Positions 9,213 to 18,914 of a stretch of 64,000 bases of DNA are shown piece by piece. Numbering within the stretch: the stretch's first letter is position 1; each line of letters starts with the position of its first letter. The stretch lies in the IMG/VR virus record IMGVR_UViG_2924769383_000001, positions 2,059 through 66,058 of that record. The stretch is one strand, 5' to 3'. The DNA is from a virus. Its lineage: Duplodnaviria > Caudoviricetes. A program made the translations under genes and the position numbers. The notes under the pieces are model-generated. The model saw only the letters and a list, made by a program, of their open reading frames with translations, made no database searches and was not told the DNA's origin.

Positions 9213-9246
9213 TCCGCCACCTACTACACAACATGAGGAGATTGCC

Positions 9247-10281
9247 ATGCTTGTTTCCAAGCAGGATTTCGCGCGCCTACTGGCAAGCGTCGCCAAGGCC
9301 GTGCCCACACGCAACACAATTCCTATCTTGGCTACAGTTCGGCTTGTTGCCGCGTCCGGTCGCTTGACGGCAACCGCAACTGACCTCGATGTCGAGATCA
9401 CCGGCAGCATTGAGTCCGAAGGCGACTTCTCTGCGTGCATCGATGCAAAGTTGCTTGCAGGAATCGTTGCCAAGGTGGCTGGCGACGCCATCGAAATTGA
9501 TGCTGGCGAGGGCGGCGCTACGCTTAAGGCAGGACGTTCAAAGTTCAAACTCGAGACGCTACCTGTTGAGGATTATCCTTCGCTGGACCACGGCAAGTTC
9601 GACGCTGAGTTCGAGGCCGACTTGGCGGCGCTGCTCGGCGCAGTGTCTTTCGCCATGTCGCAAGAGCAGAATCGCCACTATCTTTGCGGTGTGTTCCTGC
9701 AGCCTGAAGCCGTGACGGCAACGGACGGACATCGCCTGGCCACGCGCAAGCTCGATAAGCTCGGCAAGTTTAAGCCGGTCATTGTGCCGCGTAACCTGGT
9801 GCCAATGCTGCCCGCAGGCAAGGCGGTTGTTCGCTTGTCTAGCGGCAAGATCCAGATTGAGCATGCGACTTCCACAATCACATCGCGCTTGGTGGACGGG
9901 ACGTTCCCCGACTACGAGCGCGTCATTCCTGCCAATAACAACAAGATTGCAACCGTCGATGCTGACGCTTTGCGGCAGGCGGCTGGGCGTGTGGCGCTGA
10001 TCTCCAACGAGCGAGGCAAGGGCGTCAAGCTTGTCGTCAACAACGACGGAATCGGCCTGTGGGCGCGTGGCAGCGGTGAGGCCGAGGACTCGGTTGAAGC
10101 CACATACGAAGGCGAGCAGGTAGAGGTTGGCATGAATGCCCAATACCTGGCCGACATCCTTACCGCCATGCCGGACGGCGCCACATACGTTGCAATTAAT
10201 GATGGCGGTTCTCCCGTGCTGTTTACGTCGCCGGCTGATGCGTCTCTGCGCATTGTAGGCATGCCAATGAGGGTCTGGTGA
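9247..10281 (+). CDS. dnaN: DNA polymerase III beta sliding clamp
   Basis: RNTIPILATV, TATDLDVEI, ATDGHRLA, RLVDGTFPDYERVIP, GMPMR C-terminus. Confidence 0.95.
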   Translation: MLVSKQDFARLLASVAKAVPTRNTIPILATVRLVAASGRLTATATDLDVEITGSIESEGDFSACIDAKLLAGIVAKVAGDAIEIDAGEGGATLKAGRSKFKLETLPVEDYPSLDHGKFDAEFEADLAALLGAVSFAMSQEQNRHYLCGVFLQPEAVTATDGHRLATRKLDKLGKFKPVIVPRNLVPMLPAGKAVVRLSSGKIQIEHATSTITSRLVDGTFPDYERVIPANNNKIATVDADALRQAAGRVALISNERGKGVKLVVNNDGIGLWARGSGEAEDSVEATYEGEQVEVGMNAQYLADILTAMPDGATYVAINDGGSPVLFTSPADASLRIVGMPMRVW

Positions 10282-10502
10282 TGGGGTGGAAACACGAAGA
10301 GACAAAAGACCTCATTTGGGAGGCTATCGAAGCAATTAAAGATGGTCGCACTGACGATGCGCTCGTCACGTTGGAGCGCGCAGGCCGTCCGAAGTGGCAC
10401 AGCAGCGCGCAGGCCGCAGAGAAGTACGCAGAGGGCAAGGCGAAGGCACTCACGAAGGCTGACGCGGCATACTGTGCAGCCATGACTGCGGTATCCGCAT
10501 GA
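10278..10502 (+). CDS. Hypothetical protein
   Basis: 74-aa ORF coupled on both sides. Confidence 0.65.
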   Translation: MMGWKHEETKDLIWEAIEAIKDGRTDDALVTLERAGRPKWHSSAQAAEKYAEGKAKALTKADAAYCAAMTAVSA

Positions 10503-10889
10503 CATGCCTCGCCGCACTCATCCATGGCGGCAAAGTCTTCATTGGCGGCGATAGTGCCGCCAGTGTTGACGCCGCCGTAGAGGTTCGCCTCAACCGCAAG
10601 GTCTTTCGTAACGGCGCCTATGTGATCGGTACCCGCCATCCTGAAGCTTGCCGGCAAGGAGATGGACGAGCTTCTTATGGGGGAGGGCGGCAGGTTATTC
10701 AAAATCTCGTCTGACTATAGCGTTGCGGAATATCCGTCTTACGCCGCAGCGGGTCAAGGTGAGCCATATGCGCTCGGCAAGCTTCACGGTTCATTGGGCG
10801 CACCAGAACAGCGTGTGGTGGCCGCCCTGGCTGCTGCTGAGGCTCATTGTGGTGCAGTGCGTGCGCCGTTTCATGTTGAGGTAATATAG
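10499..10889 (+). pseudogene. HslV/proteasome-beta-like Thr protease, internally deleted and frameshifted
   Basis: MTCLAAL...GGDSA...RKVF in one frame; AAAGQGEPYALGKL...AAAEAHCGAVRAPF in another; junction near 10628-10631. Confidence 0.65.
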
Positions 10890-11848
10890 TGCCAGCATTC
10901 CCGCGCCCAACGCCGTCGACTGTCCGCGCTATCTATGCGGCGTATGAGGCCGCTAACGAGCATTACGATAGCTTGGGCATCAGCGTTGGTGAGATCGGCA
11001 CGGAGTGCGACAGGGCGCTTTGGTATACGCTGCATTGGGCAAGCCAGCCGGAGCAGCTTGACGGGCGCAAGCTGCGCCTGTTCCAGACCGGCAACCTCGA
11101 GGAAGAGCGGCTTGTCGCCGACCTTGAGCGCATCGGCGTCGAAGTCTACGGCCAGCAAGATCGCATTCGACTTGTCTCCGGGTTCGTCCGCGGCAAGTGC
11201 GACGGCAAAGCGATGGGCATCATTGAAGCGCCAAAGACCGAACACCTGCTGGAGTTCAAGTCGACCAACGAAAAAGGAATGAAGGAACTCCAAAAACTGA
11301 AGGTCAAGGAAGCTAAGCCTCTTCATTACGGCCAGTGCCAAATCGGAATGCACGCCTTCGGACTTAGCAGGTGCTTCTACCTGGCCGCATGCAAGAACAC
11401 TGACACGCTCTACAGCGAGAGGATCGAGTACGATGCGGAATACTGCCTCCGGCATCTAGCGCGCGTTGAGCGCCTTGTGCTGGCCGCCGAGCCGCCATCG
11501 AGAATATCGGAGAAGCCCGACTTTTTCGGATGCATGTTCTGTTCGCACAAGGACGTATGCCACAGCGGAAAATGGGCGCGGGTGACCTGTCGTTCTTGCG
11601 TCCACTCGACGCCCGAGTTGGGTGGGGATTGTCATTGGTCTTGTGCCCGGTTCAGCAAGCCATTGTCTATCGATGAGCAGAAGGCCGCATGTCCTGCGCA
11701 TCTGTACCAGCCCGCCTTAGTACCAGGCACAGTCGAAAGCGTGGACGAAGAAGCAGAGCAAATAACGTATCGCCTTAGCAATGGCGAGCTATGGACAGAC
11801 GGCGAAACTAGAGAAGACACCAAAGACAACGCACAGGAAGCAGCATGA
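10889..11848 (+). CDS. Cas4/YqaJ-like PD-(D/E)XK exonuclease
   Basis: GTECDRALWY, GKCDG, LLEFKS, HYGQCQ, CMFCSHKDVC; no CRISPR array in window. Confidence 0.85.
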   Translation: MPAFPRPTPSTVRAIYAAYEAANEHYDSLGISVGEIGTECDRALWYTLHWASQPEQLDGRKLRLFQTGNLEEERLVADLERIGVEVYGQQDRIRLVSGFVRGKCDGKAMGIIEAPKTEHLLEFKSTNEKGMKELQKLKVKEAKPLHYGQCQIGMHAFGLSRCFYLAACKNTDTLYSERIEYDAEYCLRHLARVERLVLAAEPPSRISEKPDFFGCMFCSHKDVCHSGKWARVTCRSCVHSTPELGGDCHWSCARFSKPLSIDEQKAACPAHLYQPALVPGTVESVDEEAEQITYRLSNGELWTDGETREDTKDNAQEAA

Positions 11849-12363
11849 CACGCCCCAAAGAGTTTGATGCCAAGGTCATCCAGTGGCTGCCCTTCTTAAG
11901 GAAAATGGCGTTCAAGATGGAGCGCAGTGCGCAGGACCGTGAAGACCTGGTCAATGAAACTGTCGTGACCGCCTTGCATCGCTGGGCGTCCTATAGAGAG
12001 GGCGGCAGCTTTCCGGGTTGGCTGGTGTTTCAAATGCGCGAGCGTTGTCACGCCATGAGGTCTAAGAAATCTTCCGCAGCAGCGCTAAGCCTTGATGCGA
12101 AGGAGGAAATGGCCGGCAGCAACGACAATCATGCGCCTTGGTTCAGGGATCTTTCGGCCGCTTCATTGCCAGCCACCCAATCTGATGCTGTCGAGCTTGC
12201 TCAGGTATTCGACGCCATACCAAGGCGGTATCATACGGTTATGGCAAAGCTTGCCGCAGGTTACGAGCAGAAGGAAATTGCCGCATCGGAAGGCGTGTCG
12301 AGGCAAGCCATCCATCAACGCATTACAGCCTGTCGCGCACGTTTGAAGAAAGTTGCTGCTTAA
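11845..12363 (+). CDS. ECF sigma-factor-like regulator
   Basis: DREDLVNETVVTAL, FPGWL (region 2); GYEQKEIAASEGVSRQAIHQRI (region 4). Confidence 0.85.
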   Translation: MTRPKEFDAKVIQWLPFLRKMAFKMERSAQDREDLVNETVVTALHRWASYREGGSFPGWLVFQMRERCHAMRSKKSSAAALSLDAKEEMAGSNDNHAPWFRDLSAASLPATQSDAVELAQVFDAIPRRYHTVMAKLAAGYEQKEIAASEGVSRQAIHQRITACRARLKKVAA

Positions 12364-14093
12364 TGGCGCTCCGCTACTACCAGACCGAGGCTAAGCAGGC
12401 CGTGATGGACTACTGGGCAGAGACGCCCGGTAATCCATTGGTGGTCGCCGCCACCGGCACTGGCAAGAGCATGATGCAGGGATCCTTGACCTGCGACTTG
12501 CTCGACGGCTGGTCGGACCTTCGTATCATGAACACGACTCACGTCGTGGAGCTGGTCGAATCCAACTTCAAGGAATTGGTGGGCATGCGCCCCTTCGCGC
12601 CCGTCGGTATATGGGCAGCGTCTTTGGGCCGTGCTGACAGGCAGGCGCAGGTTCTGTTCAGTCAAATACAAACCGTCCACGACAAGGCCGAAGCCATCGG
12701 CCATGTCGACATCCTTCAAATTGATGAAGCCCACCTGGTGCCCTTTAAGCAGGCTACGATGTATCGCCGGCTGATCGACGCCTTGCTGGTGGTCAATCCG
12801 GACATGAAAATCAACGGCTTTACGGCCACCGATTTTCGCCTTGACGGGGGGCGCCTGACCGAGGGCGACGGCAAGCTGTTTGATGAGGTGGTTTATGACT
12901 ACGGCCTGCGGCGCGGTATCGATGACGGATATCTAACGCCGATCACCAGCAAGCCTGTTGGCACGAAATACGACATGACCGGCGTTGGTCGCTCGATGGG
13001 CGAATATAAGGCAAGCGACTATCGCGCAGCGGTAGATACAGAGACGCTAAATCAGCGCGTCATTGAGGAAGTTCTAGATACAGAAGGGCACCGCAATAAG
13101 GCTCTTATTTTCTGCCGCGGCGTCGAGCACGCCGGGCACATCAGGGATGCTTTCCGGAAGGCTGGGCGCAACGTCGAATTGGTCCACGGGGGAACGCCAG
13201 GCGGGGAACGTCGAAGGCTCATTGACAGGCTGAAGTCGGGCGAGATTTGGGGCCTAGTCAACGACAACATCCTTAGCACTGGAACGAACATCGTCGGCGC
13301 CGATCTACTGGTGGACTTATATCGAACGATGTCGGCTAGCCGCTATGTGCAGCGCGCCGGACGCCTAACGCGCGTCATCTACCCGCCAGGATTTGATCCG
13401 GAGGCGGTCGACGCCGAGGCTCGCCGCGCCGCGATCGCGTCATGGATCAAGCCAAACGGCAGGTACATGGATTTCGCCGGCAACATCAATGAGCACGGCC
13501 CGGTAGACATGGTTCAGCCGCGTAAGCCTGGCAGCGGTCAAGGCGAGGCGCCTATCAAGCTTTGCCCTTCGTGTGAGGAGATTTGCCACGCATCGGCTCG
13601 AGTTTGCCATTGCTGTGGGCATCAGTTCGTCTTTGAGGAAAAGCCTAAGTTTGCCGAGCGGGCAAGCGACGCGCCTATCATTTCCATTCAGTCAGACATG
13701 TGGCGCACTGTCACCGGCCGCCGCTTCTTCGAGCATCCCGGCAAAGAGGGCAAGCCGCCTAGCGTGAAGTGCTCGTACACTTGCGGGTTCCTTAATGTGA
13801 ATAGCTGGTACTGCCCGCAGCACCAGGGCTTTGCGAAAACAAACTCTGACCGCTTCTGGAAAGCTCACGGCGGTAAGACACCTTATCCTGACAACGTGGA
13901 GTCGTTCTTACTTCGCCAACACGAATTGAACGACACCGCTGAAATCGAGATTGAATACAACGGCAAGTGGCCCAACGCCAAGGCGTACAGGGCTGCCGCT
14001 ACGAACGACAATCAACGACAGGCGGATAACGATAATGAGCCGGTATCGGCTGGAATGAGGGACGTACTAGACGGAGATTTCATACCGTTTTGA
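12363..14093 (+). CDS. SF2 DEAD/DEAH-like helicase with C-terminal Zn ribbon (RadD/UvsW-like)
   Basis: AATGTGKS, IDEAH, GFTAT, YVQRAGRLTR, KLCPSCEE...CHCCGH. Confidence 0.92.
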   Translation: MALRYYQTEAKQAVMDYWAETPGNPLVVAATGTGKSMMQGSLTCDLLDGWSDLRIMNTTHVVELVESNFKELVGMRPFAPVGIWAASLGRADRQAQVLFSQIQTVHDKAEAIGHVDILQIDEAHLVPFKQATMYRRLIDALLVVNPDMKINGFTATDFRLDGGRLTEGDGKLFDEVVYDYGLRRGIDDGYLTPITSKPVGTKYDMTGVGRSMGEYKASDYRAAVDTETLNQRVIEEVLDTEGHRNKALIFCRGVEHAGHIRDAFRKAGRNVELVHGGTPGGERRRLIDRLKSGEIWGLVNDNILSTGTNIVGADLLVDLYRTMSASRYVQRAGRLTRVIYPPGFDPEAVDAEARRAAIASWIKPNGRYMDFAGNINEHGPVDMVQPRKPGSGQGEAPIKLCPSCEEICHASARVCHCCGHQFVFEEKPKFAERASDAPIISIQSDMWRTVTGRRFFEHPGKEGKPPSVKCSYTCGFLNVNSWYCPQHQGFAKTNSDRFWKAHGGKTPYPDNVESFLLRQHELNDTAEIEIEYNGKWPNAKAYRAAATNDNQRQADNDNEPVSAGMRDVLDGDFIPF

Positions 14094-14103
14094 GGAGCTA
14101 ACC

Positions 14104-14283
14104 ATGAAGCTGACAGGCCGTACTCGCTACCGCACGAACTGGCGCGGGAAACTCATCCTTCAAATTGAATACACGCGTTACTACTGTCACGATCTTAACG
14201 GCAGCGGTTACTACGATGAAGGCCACACGACACATTGGCGCGACGCTAAAGCTGTTGACCTAATCAATAAGGACAACCAATGA
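14104..14283 (+). CDS. Hypothetical 59-aa protein (not in ORF track)
   Basis: SD GAGGAG; MKLTGRTRYRTNWRGKLILQIEY...WRDAKAVDL. Confidence 0.6.
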   Translation: MKLTGRTRYRTNWRGKLILQIEYTRYYCHDLNGSGYYDEGHTTHWRDAKAVDLINKDNQ

Positions 14284-14449
14284 AAACACCAACCGAAGTT
14301 CTTACGGCCAGCTTGCGCGGCTGCTATGCCGCTTATCCTGGCGCTCCGGCATTAGCAGTGCAGTTGGTTGCTGCACTAAGGGCGGCTGGCTGGATTATCG
14401 TAAGGAATGACGCCATTAAGTTGGCGCAGGCACATGCGCGGGAGGAGGT

Positions 14450-14833
14450 GTGATGGGCAGGGAAACAATAGCGGTATTCTTTCCGCCACTAGGTGGACCT
14501 TCGGACGCGGACGTGGCGCAAGCCGAAGCAGTTCTGAACGCCCGGGAAACGGCTGTTGCTGAGCAACGTTCAGCCGCACTTGTGCGTTGCACGTCGCAGA
14601 CGGCAACTGGCAAGGGATGCGGCACAATGCATCCCGTGGGGCAGTTGGATTACATCCAGACGCACTCATACGTCGAGCCGCACGGATGCACTGGCGGTGA
14701 CTACTGGCGCGAAGGTGAAGGCAACTGGATATGCCCGACATGTGGACATCGCAACAGGCTTTACGACAGTCCTGAAGTCGAAAAGCTTAAGCGAAGCTTC
14801 AAGTCGATAACTAAGACACACGACAGGCGATAG
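14450..14833 (+). CDS. Hypothetical Zn-ribbon protein
   Basis: WICPTCGHRNRL motif. Confidence 0.65.
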   Translation: MMGRETIAVFFPPLGGPSDADVAQAEAVLNARETAVAEQRSAALVRCTSQTATGKGCGTMHPVGQLDYIQTHSYVEPHGCTGGDYWREGEGNWICPTCGHRNRLYDSPEVEKLKRSFKSITKTHDRR

Positions 14834-14843
14834 GGGCACCATC

Positions 14844-15551
14844 ATGTTGACCACACCCGGCATCGGCCACAACCAACCACCAGACCCCATTGACGAAGCG
14901 CTTACCGCCATCCACGACCTATACGACGAAGCGCTAAACTTCGCGGACGGCGCCGCCATCGACTCAGAGGCAATGCACGACACCGTGACAGCATTGCGAG
15001 ACGCGATCCACGAGGCCGGTAAGGCTGCGGATGCATTGCGCGTAGAGGCCAAGCGCCCATTGGACGAGCAGATTGCCGCCATTCAGGAGCGGTTTAATCC
15101 GGCCATCCAGCCTAAGAAAGGCATGGTCGACCGCGCTAAGGCAAGCCTAGGCGAACTGCTCGCCGCATGGCGCAAACAAGAGGCCGACAAGAAGGCCGCC
15201 ATTGCAGCCGCAGCACGCCTTGAGGCCGAGCGCATCGCCAAGGAAGCACAGGATGCTATCCGCGCCAGCGCCGGCAATCTTGCGGCACGCGAGGAAGCGG
15301 AAGCGCTTTTGGTGGAGGCTAAGCAGGCCGAGAAGCAGGCTAAGCGCGACGATAAGGCTGCGACTAGCGGGTTGGGCTTGCGTACCGTGTGGCGGGCCGA
15401 GTTGGTTGACGTCGAGAAAGCGCTGGACTGGTGCTATGGGCGCGATCCCGATGCTTTCCGTGCGCTGTGCCAATCGCAGGCGGATACCGTCGTGCGGGCC
15501 GGTATGCGGTCTGTGCCGGGGTTTAGGGTGTTTGAGGATAAAATCGTATGA
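14844..15551 (+). CDS. Coiled-coil protein, Gam/gp157-like
   Basis: GIGHNQPP N-terminus, long helical body, GLRTVW...VPGFRVFE tail. Confidence 0.7.
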   Translation: MLTTPGIGHNQPPDPIDEALTAIHDLYDEALNFADGAAIDSEAMHDTVTALRDAIHEAGKAADALRVEAKRPLDEQIAAIQERFNPAIQPKKGMVDRAKASLGELLAAWRKQEADKKAAIAAAARLEAERIAKEAQDAIRASAGNLAAREEAEALLVEAKQAEKQAKRDDKAATSGLGLRTVWRAELVDVEKALDWCYGRDPDAFRALCQSQADTVVRAGMRSVPGFRVFEDKIV

Positions 15552-16927
15552 CGACCGAACTAGCACCAACCCAAGTCTTCCTCGACGGCAAGGTAGAACT
15601 GCGCCCCGGTGATTGCCGCGACGTTATCAAAGCTATGCCGGATAATAGCATTGATAGCGTTGTTTGCGACCCGCCTTACGCACTGGTGAGCATCGTTAAG
15701 CGGTTCGGGGGGCCGAATGCAGCGCCATCGAACGATGGCGACGTGTATTCGCGTGCCTCAGCCGGCTTCATGGGCCGCACTTGGGACACAGGCGAGACGG
15801 CATTCGCCGAGACGTTTTGGGCCGAGGTGCTACGCGTCCTCAAACCTGGCGGGCATGTCGTGGCGTTCTCCGGCACGCGCACCTATCACAGGATGGCGGT
15901 TGCTATCGAGGATGCGGGGTTTGAAATCCGTGACCAGTTGGCTTGGTGTTACGGCTCGGGATTTCCGAAAAGTCACGATGTCAGCAAGGCTATTGATAAG
16001 CATTTTGGTGCGGTGCGCGAGAAGGAGCGGCACACCAACGTGCGCAACCCGAAGGCTACCGGTGGCGGAAAGGACGGAACAGAAGGTGCGACGCGTCCAT
16101 GGATAGAGGCTGCCATGGCGCGGGGATACCACGAGAAGGATGGCGACGAAGCTGCCACTCCGCAGGCTGCGGAGTGGCAAGGCTGGGGCACCGCTCTGAA
16201 ACCAGCATGGGAGCCTATATGCCTTGCGCGCAAGCCGCTGATTGGCACGGTTGCCGCCAACGTGCTCGAGCGCGGTACCGGCGCACTGAATATCGACGGG
16301 TGTAGGGTGGGAACAGAAGGCGGAACGGCCAAAGGCCGTTCCGCTGACAAATCAACCACGGACAGTGTTGGCTGGTATCTCAACGCAAAAGCCGGAACAC
16401 CAATCGACGCCGGCCGCTGGCCTGCCAACATCGTGCACGACGGCAGCGACGAGGTTGTGGCGTGTTTTCCTGATGCTCCGGGACAGCAACGTGCGGTTGG
16501 CCCGCAACATGGCGCAAAAGCCAGCGTTAACACATACGGCGACTATGGCCCTCGCGACGATTTCCAGCCGCGTCTAGACCAAGGCTCCGCCGCCCGCTTC
16601 TTCTACACCGCCAAGGCGGACAAGCTAGACCGCATCGGCAGCAAGCACCCGACCGTAAAGCCTGTCGACCTGATGCAATGGTTGGTGCGGCTCGTAACGC
16701 CGCCTGATGGCGTTGTGCTAGATCCGTTTGCAGGCTCTGGCTCGACTGGCGAGGCGGCTTGGCGCGAGGGGATGCGCTGCATCCTGATTGAGCGCGAGGA
16801 GGAATATCAGACCGACGTCGCCGCCCGTCTCAGCCTGGCCGACAAAGGGCCGACTACGCGCAAGGCGAGGGCCATCAAGCAGGCAGCGAATGACAACGAC
16901 CTGCCGTTGTTCGGAGCAGCCGCATGA
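15548..16927 (+). CDS. N4/N6 DNA methyltransferase with large internal insertion
   Basis: VCDPPY, HPTVKP, VLDPFAGSGSTG; ends AANDNDLPLFGAAA. Confidence 0.92.
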   Translation: MTTELAPTQVFLDGKVELRPGDCRDVIKAMPDNSIDSVVCDPPYALVSIVKRFGGPNAAPSNDGDVYSRASAGFMGRTWDTGETAFAETFWAEVLRVLKPGGHVVAFSGTRTYHRMAVAIEDAGFEIRDQLAWCYGSGFPKSHDVSKAIDKHFGAVREKERHTNVRNPKATGGGKDGTEGATRPWIEAAMARGYHEKDGDEAATPQAAEWQGWGTALKPAWEPICLARKPLIGTVAANVLERGTGALNIDGCRVGTEGGTAKGRSADKSTTDSVGWYLNAKAGTPIDAGRWPANIVHDGSDEVVACFPDAPGQQRAVGPQHGAKASVNTYGDYGPRDDFQPRLDQGSAARFFYTAKADKLDRIGSKHPTVKPVDLMQWLVRLVTPPDGVVLDPFAGSGSTGEAAWREGMRCILIEREEEYQTDVAARLSLADKGPTTRKARAIKQAANDNDLPLFGAAA

Positions 16928-17265
16928 CCACCCCCAACCCACACCCCAACGTCTGCCACGTCTGCGGAATGACCGGCTGCGGCCTCGGCATTGGCTTTTC
17001 CCATTCCCGCGACGCAGACCCAAAGTGGCTTTGCATTGAGTGCAGCCTGATCATTGAGGATATCAAGAAGGTTAAAAGGCTCGACGTCTACGAGCTTAAG
17101 GCGAGGGAGGGCGGCGTAGAGGCCGCCGCGCCTGTTGTGGAGGCTTACGGCACGGACCTGGCGGAATATACCGACGAGCAGGCGGCCATGTTGGCAGGTG
17201 CCATCTGGAAAGGCTGCGCGGCACGGTTGAGGGAACTGATTAGAGATGGGAGCGCGCCGTTTTGA
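16924..17265 (+). CDS. Conserved phage protein (DUF6511-like)
   Basis: CHVCG...WLCIEC; frequently near primase genes. Confidence 0.6.
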   Translation: MTTPNPHPNVCHVCGMTGCGLGIGFSHSRDADPKWLCIECSLIIEDIKKVKRLDVYELKAREGGVEAAAPVVEAYGTDLAEYTDEQAAMLAGAIWKGCAARLRELIRDGSAPF

Positions 17266-17385
17266 TGGAACATGCGACAGCACAAACGGAATGGATCAGC
17301 GTGCCGCGCGCCCTAACCTTCGGAATGCGCATCGCGCTGGAGGAGGCAATTATCCGGCACGATAAAGACTTGGATAGAGTGTGGC

Positions 17386-17631
17386 GTGAGGTGCTTGACT
17401 TCGCTCCCAATTACGAGAGCAAAGACAATGTTCCGCGATAGGAGCAATTGGCATCGGTGGTTCGCCTGGTATCCGGTCAGATTGCTGCCCTATCAGGCGC
17501 AACTTACCGTCGATCCTATACGCAGATGGGTCTGGCTGCAGGTCGTGGAGCGCATCTGGTTTGACGAGGTTCCACTCTACAGGAGTTTCAATCGCGGCTG
17601 GGTGTATCAGCGCAAGGGGTGGAGTACATGA
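17386..17631 (+). CDS. Hypothetical Trp-rich protein
   Basis: WHRWFAWYPVRL...WVWLQVVER motif common in phages. Confidence 0.65.
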   Translation: MRCLTSLPITRAKTMFRDRSNWHRWFAWYPVRLLPYQAQLTVDPIRRWVWLQVVERIWFDEVPLYRSFNRGWVYQRKGWST

Positions 17632-18431
17632 AACACGACAATGACAACGTGACATATCCTGTATCTCATTCAAATGACACCCAGTATATGTCACATCACG
17701 ATGTCACAAACCCTACTACTAAATCACATTCACGCCCAGAATATGTGACACCTGCGGCAAACGACAATTTTCCGACAAAGATTGCCGCGCTCTACGTGGA
17801 AACCAATGGTGCTTACTATGGTTTGCCTGACATATATCCATGGGATGAAGCTAGGGACGCACGCAGGTACAGCGGACCGTATCCAGTAATCGCTCATCCT
17901 CCGTGCCAACGGTGGGGCAAACTGTGGGCCGGCCAACCTCTCTGGATTGCGCGCACTGGTGAGCGCAAGATTAAGGGCGACGATGGCGGTTGCTTTGCCG
18001 CGGCGCTGTCGTCGGCGCGTACCTATGGAGGCGTTATCGAACATCCGTGGGGTAGCCATGCGTGGGCGCATTTCGGCATAAACAAGCCGCCTCGATCGGG
18101 TGGGTGGATTGCGGCCGACTTCCATGGAGGATGGACGTGCTGCGTCGAGCAAGGAAGGTATGGGCACTACGCGCGCAAGCCAACAATGCTGTTGGCATAC
18201 CGAGTTACCTTGCCGGAACTTGATTGGGGCATTGGCGAGCCGCGCCTTGATCCGGCAGTAATTGAGCGTATGGGCCTTAAGCGAGCAAAGCGCATGGGTG
18301 AACTTGGACAGCGCGGAGGGGGGCAGAACAGCACGCCACGCATTCACACTCCGATTCCGTTCCGCGACCTTCTTATAGCTATGGCACGCACCGCGGCCAA
18401 CGGCAATCAGGAAGCGCGCCGTGCGGCCTGA
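17619..18431 (+). CDS. Divergent C5-cytosine methyltransferase-like protein
   Basis: VIAHPPCQRWG (PC motif), GVIEHP (ENV-like), RKPT; SAM-binding motif degenerate. Confidence 0.6.
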   Translation: MEYMKHDNDNVTYPVSHSNDTQYMSHHDVTNPTTKSHSRPEYVTPAANDNFPTKIAALYVETNGAYYGLPDIYPWDEARDARRYSGPYPVIAHPPCQRWGKLWAGQPLWIARTGERKIKGDDGGCFAAALSSARTYGGVIEHPWGSHAWAHFGINKPPRSGGWIAADFHGGWTCCVEQGRYGHYARKPTMLLAYRVTLPELDWGIGEPRLDPAVIERMGLKRAKRMGELGQRGGGQNSTPRIHTPIPFRDLLIAMARTAANGNQEARRAA

Positions 18432-18598
18432 TCTTCCAGCAACTCAAGCATCACGGCAAGCCATTGAGGTATCGGCCTATCTCCGTTCGCCCAATGGCGG
18501 ATGGTCCGCACGGGAACGCAGATACGGCGTGAAAGCGCCGTCTGCCATTGCGAACCGAATAGGGCGGTGGTGCGCGTTGATAGTTCGGCGGGTGTCAT
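18407..18598 (-). CDS. Small HTH regulator
   Basis: WQTALSRRICVPVRTIRHWANGDRPIP. Confidence 0.8.
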   Translation of the reverse strand: MTPAELSTRTTALFGSQWQTALSRRICVPVRTIRHWANGDRPIPQWLAVMLELLEDQAARRAS

Positions 18599-18837
18599 GC
18601 TGAAAACGCATATTTCTTGCCGTTTGAGGCAAGATTGTCTGCGAAAATTTCAGCGCGAAGTCGGCTGTTGAATGACCACTCGTCACGCGCGCCGTCGTCC
18701 CTGATGAATTGGACGTTAAAACCATTAGAGCGGTTTGAATACCACGCCCTATCCATGGCTGCAGCAATCTGCGGGATGAGACCTTCGCGGTGAGGCTTGA
18801 AGCTATGATCGAAGCTAAATTCCTTGGTGGCGCTCAT
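18595..18837 (-). CDS. Hypothetical protein, upstream partner of HTH gene
   Basis: ATG at 18837 with GGAG SD; own promoter TTGACA(18887-18892)-17-TAAGTT. Confidence 0.7.
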   Translation of the reverse strand: MSATKEFSFDHSFKPHREGLIPQIAAAMDRAWYSNRSNGFNVQFIRDDGARDEWSFNSRLRAEIFADNLASNGKKYAFSA

Positions 18838-18914
18838 GTCAGTAACTCCGTTTCCGTTCCTATAACTTAGGCCCACTGGTCCTTTATGTCAACAGCTAAT
18901 TTGCGAGCCGCAGC

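Noticed and set aside
10889-11848. Cas4-like nuclease as sign of a CRISPR system
   Set aside because: No repeat-spacer array or other cas genes; sits in a standard Sak4/SSB recombination module.
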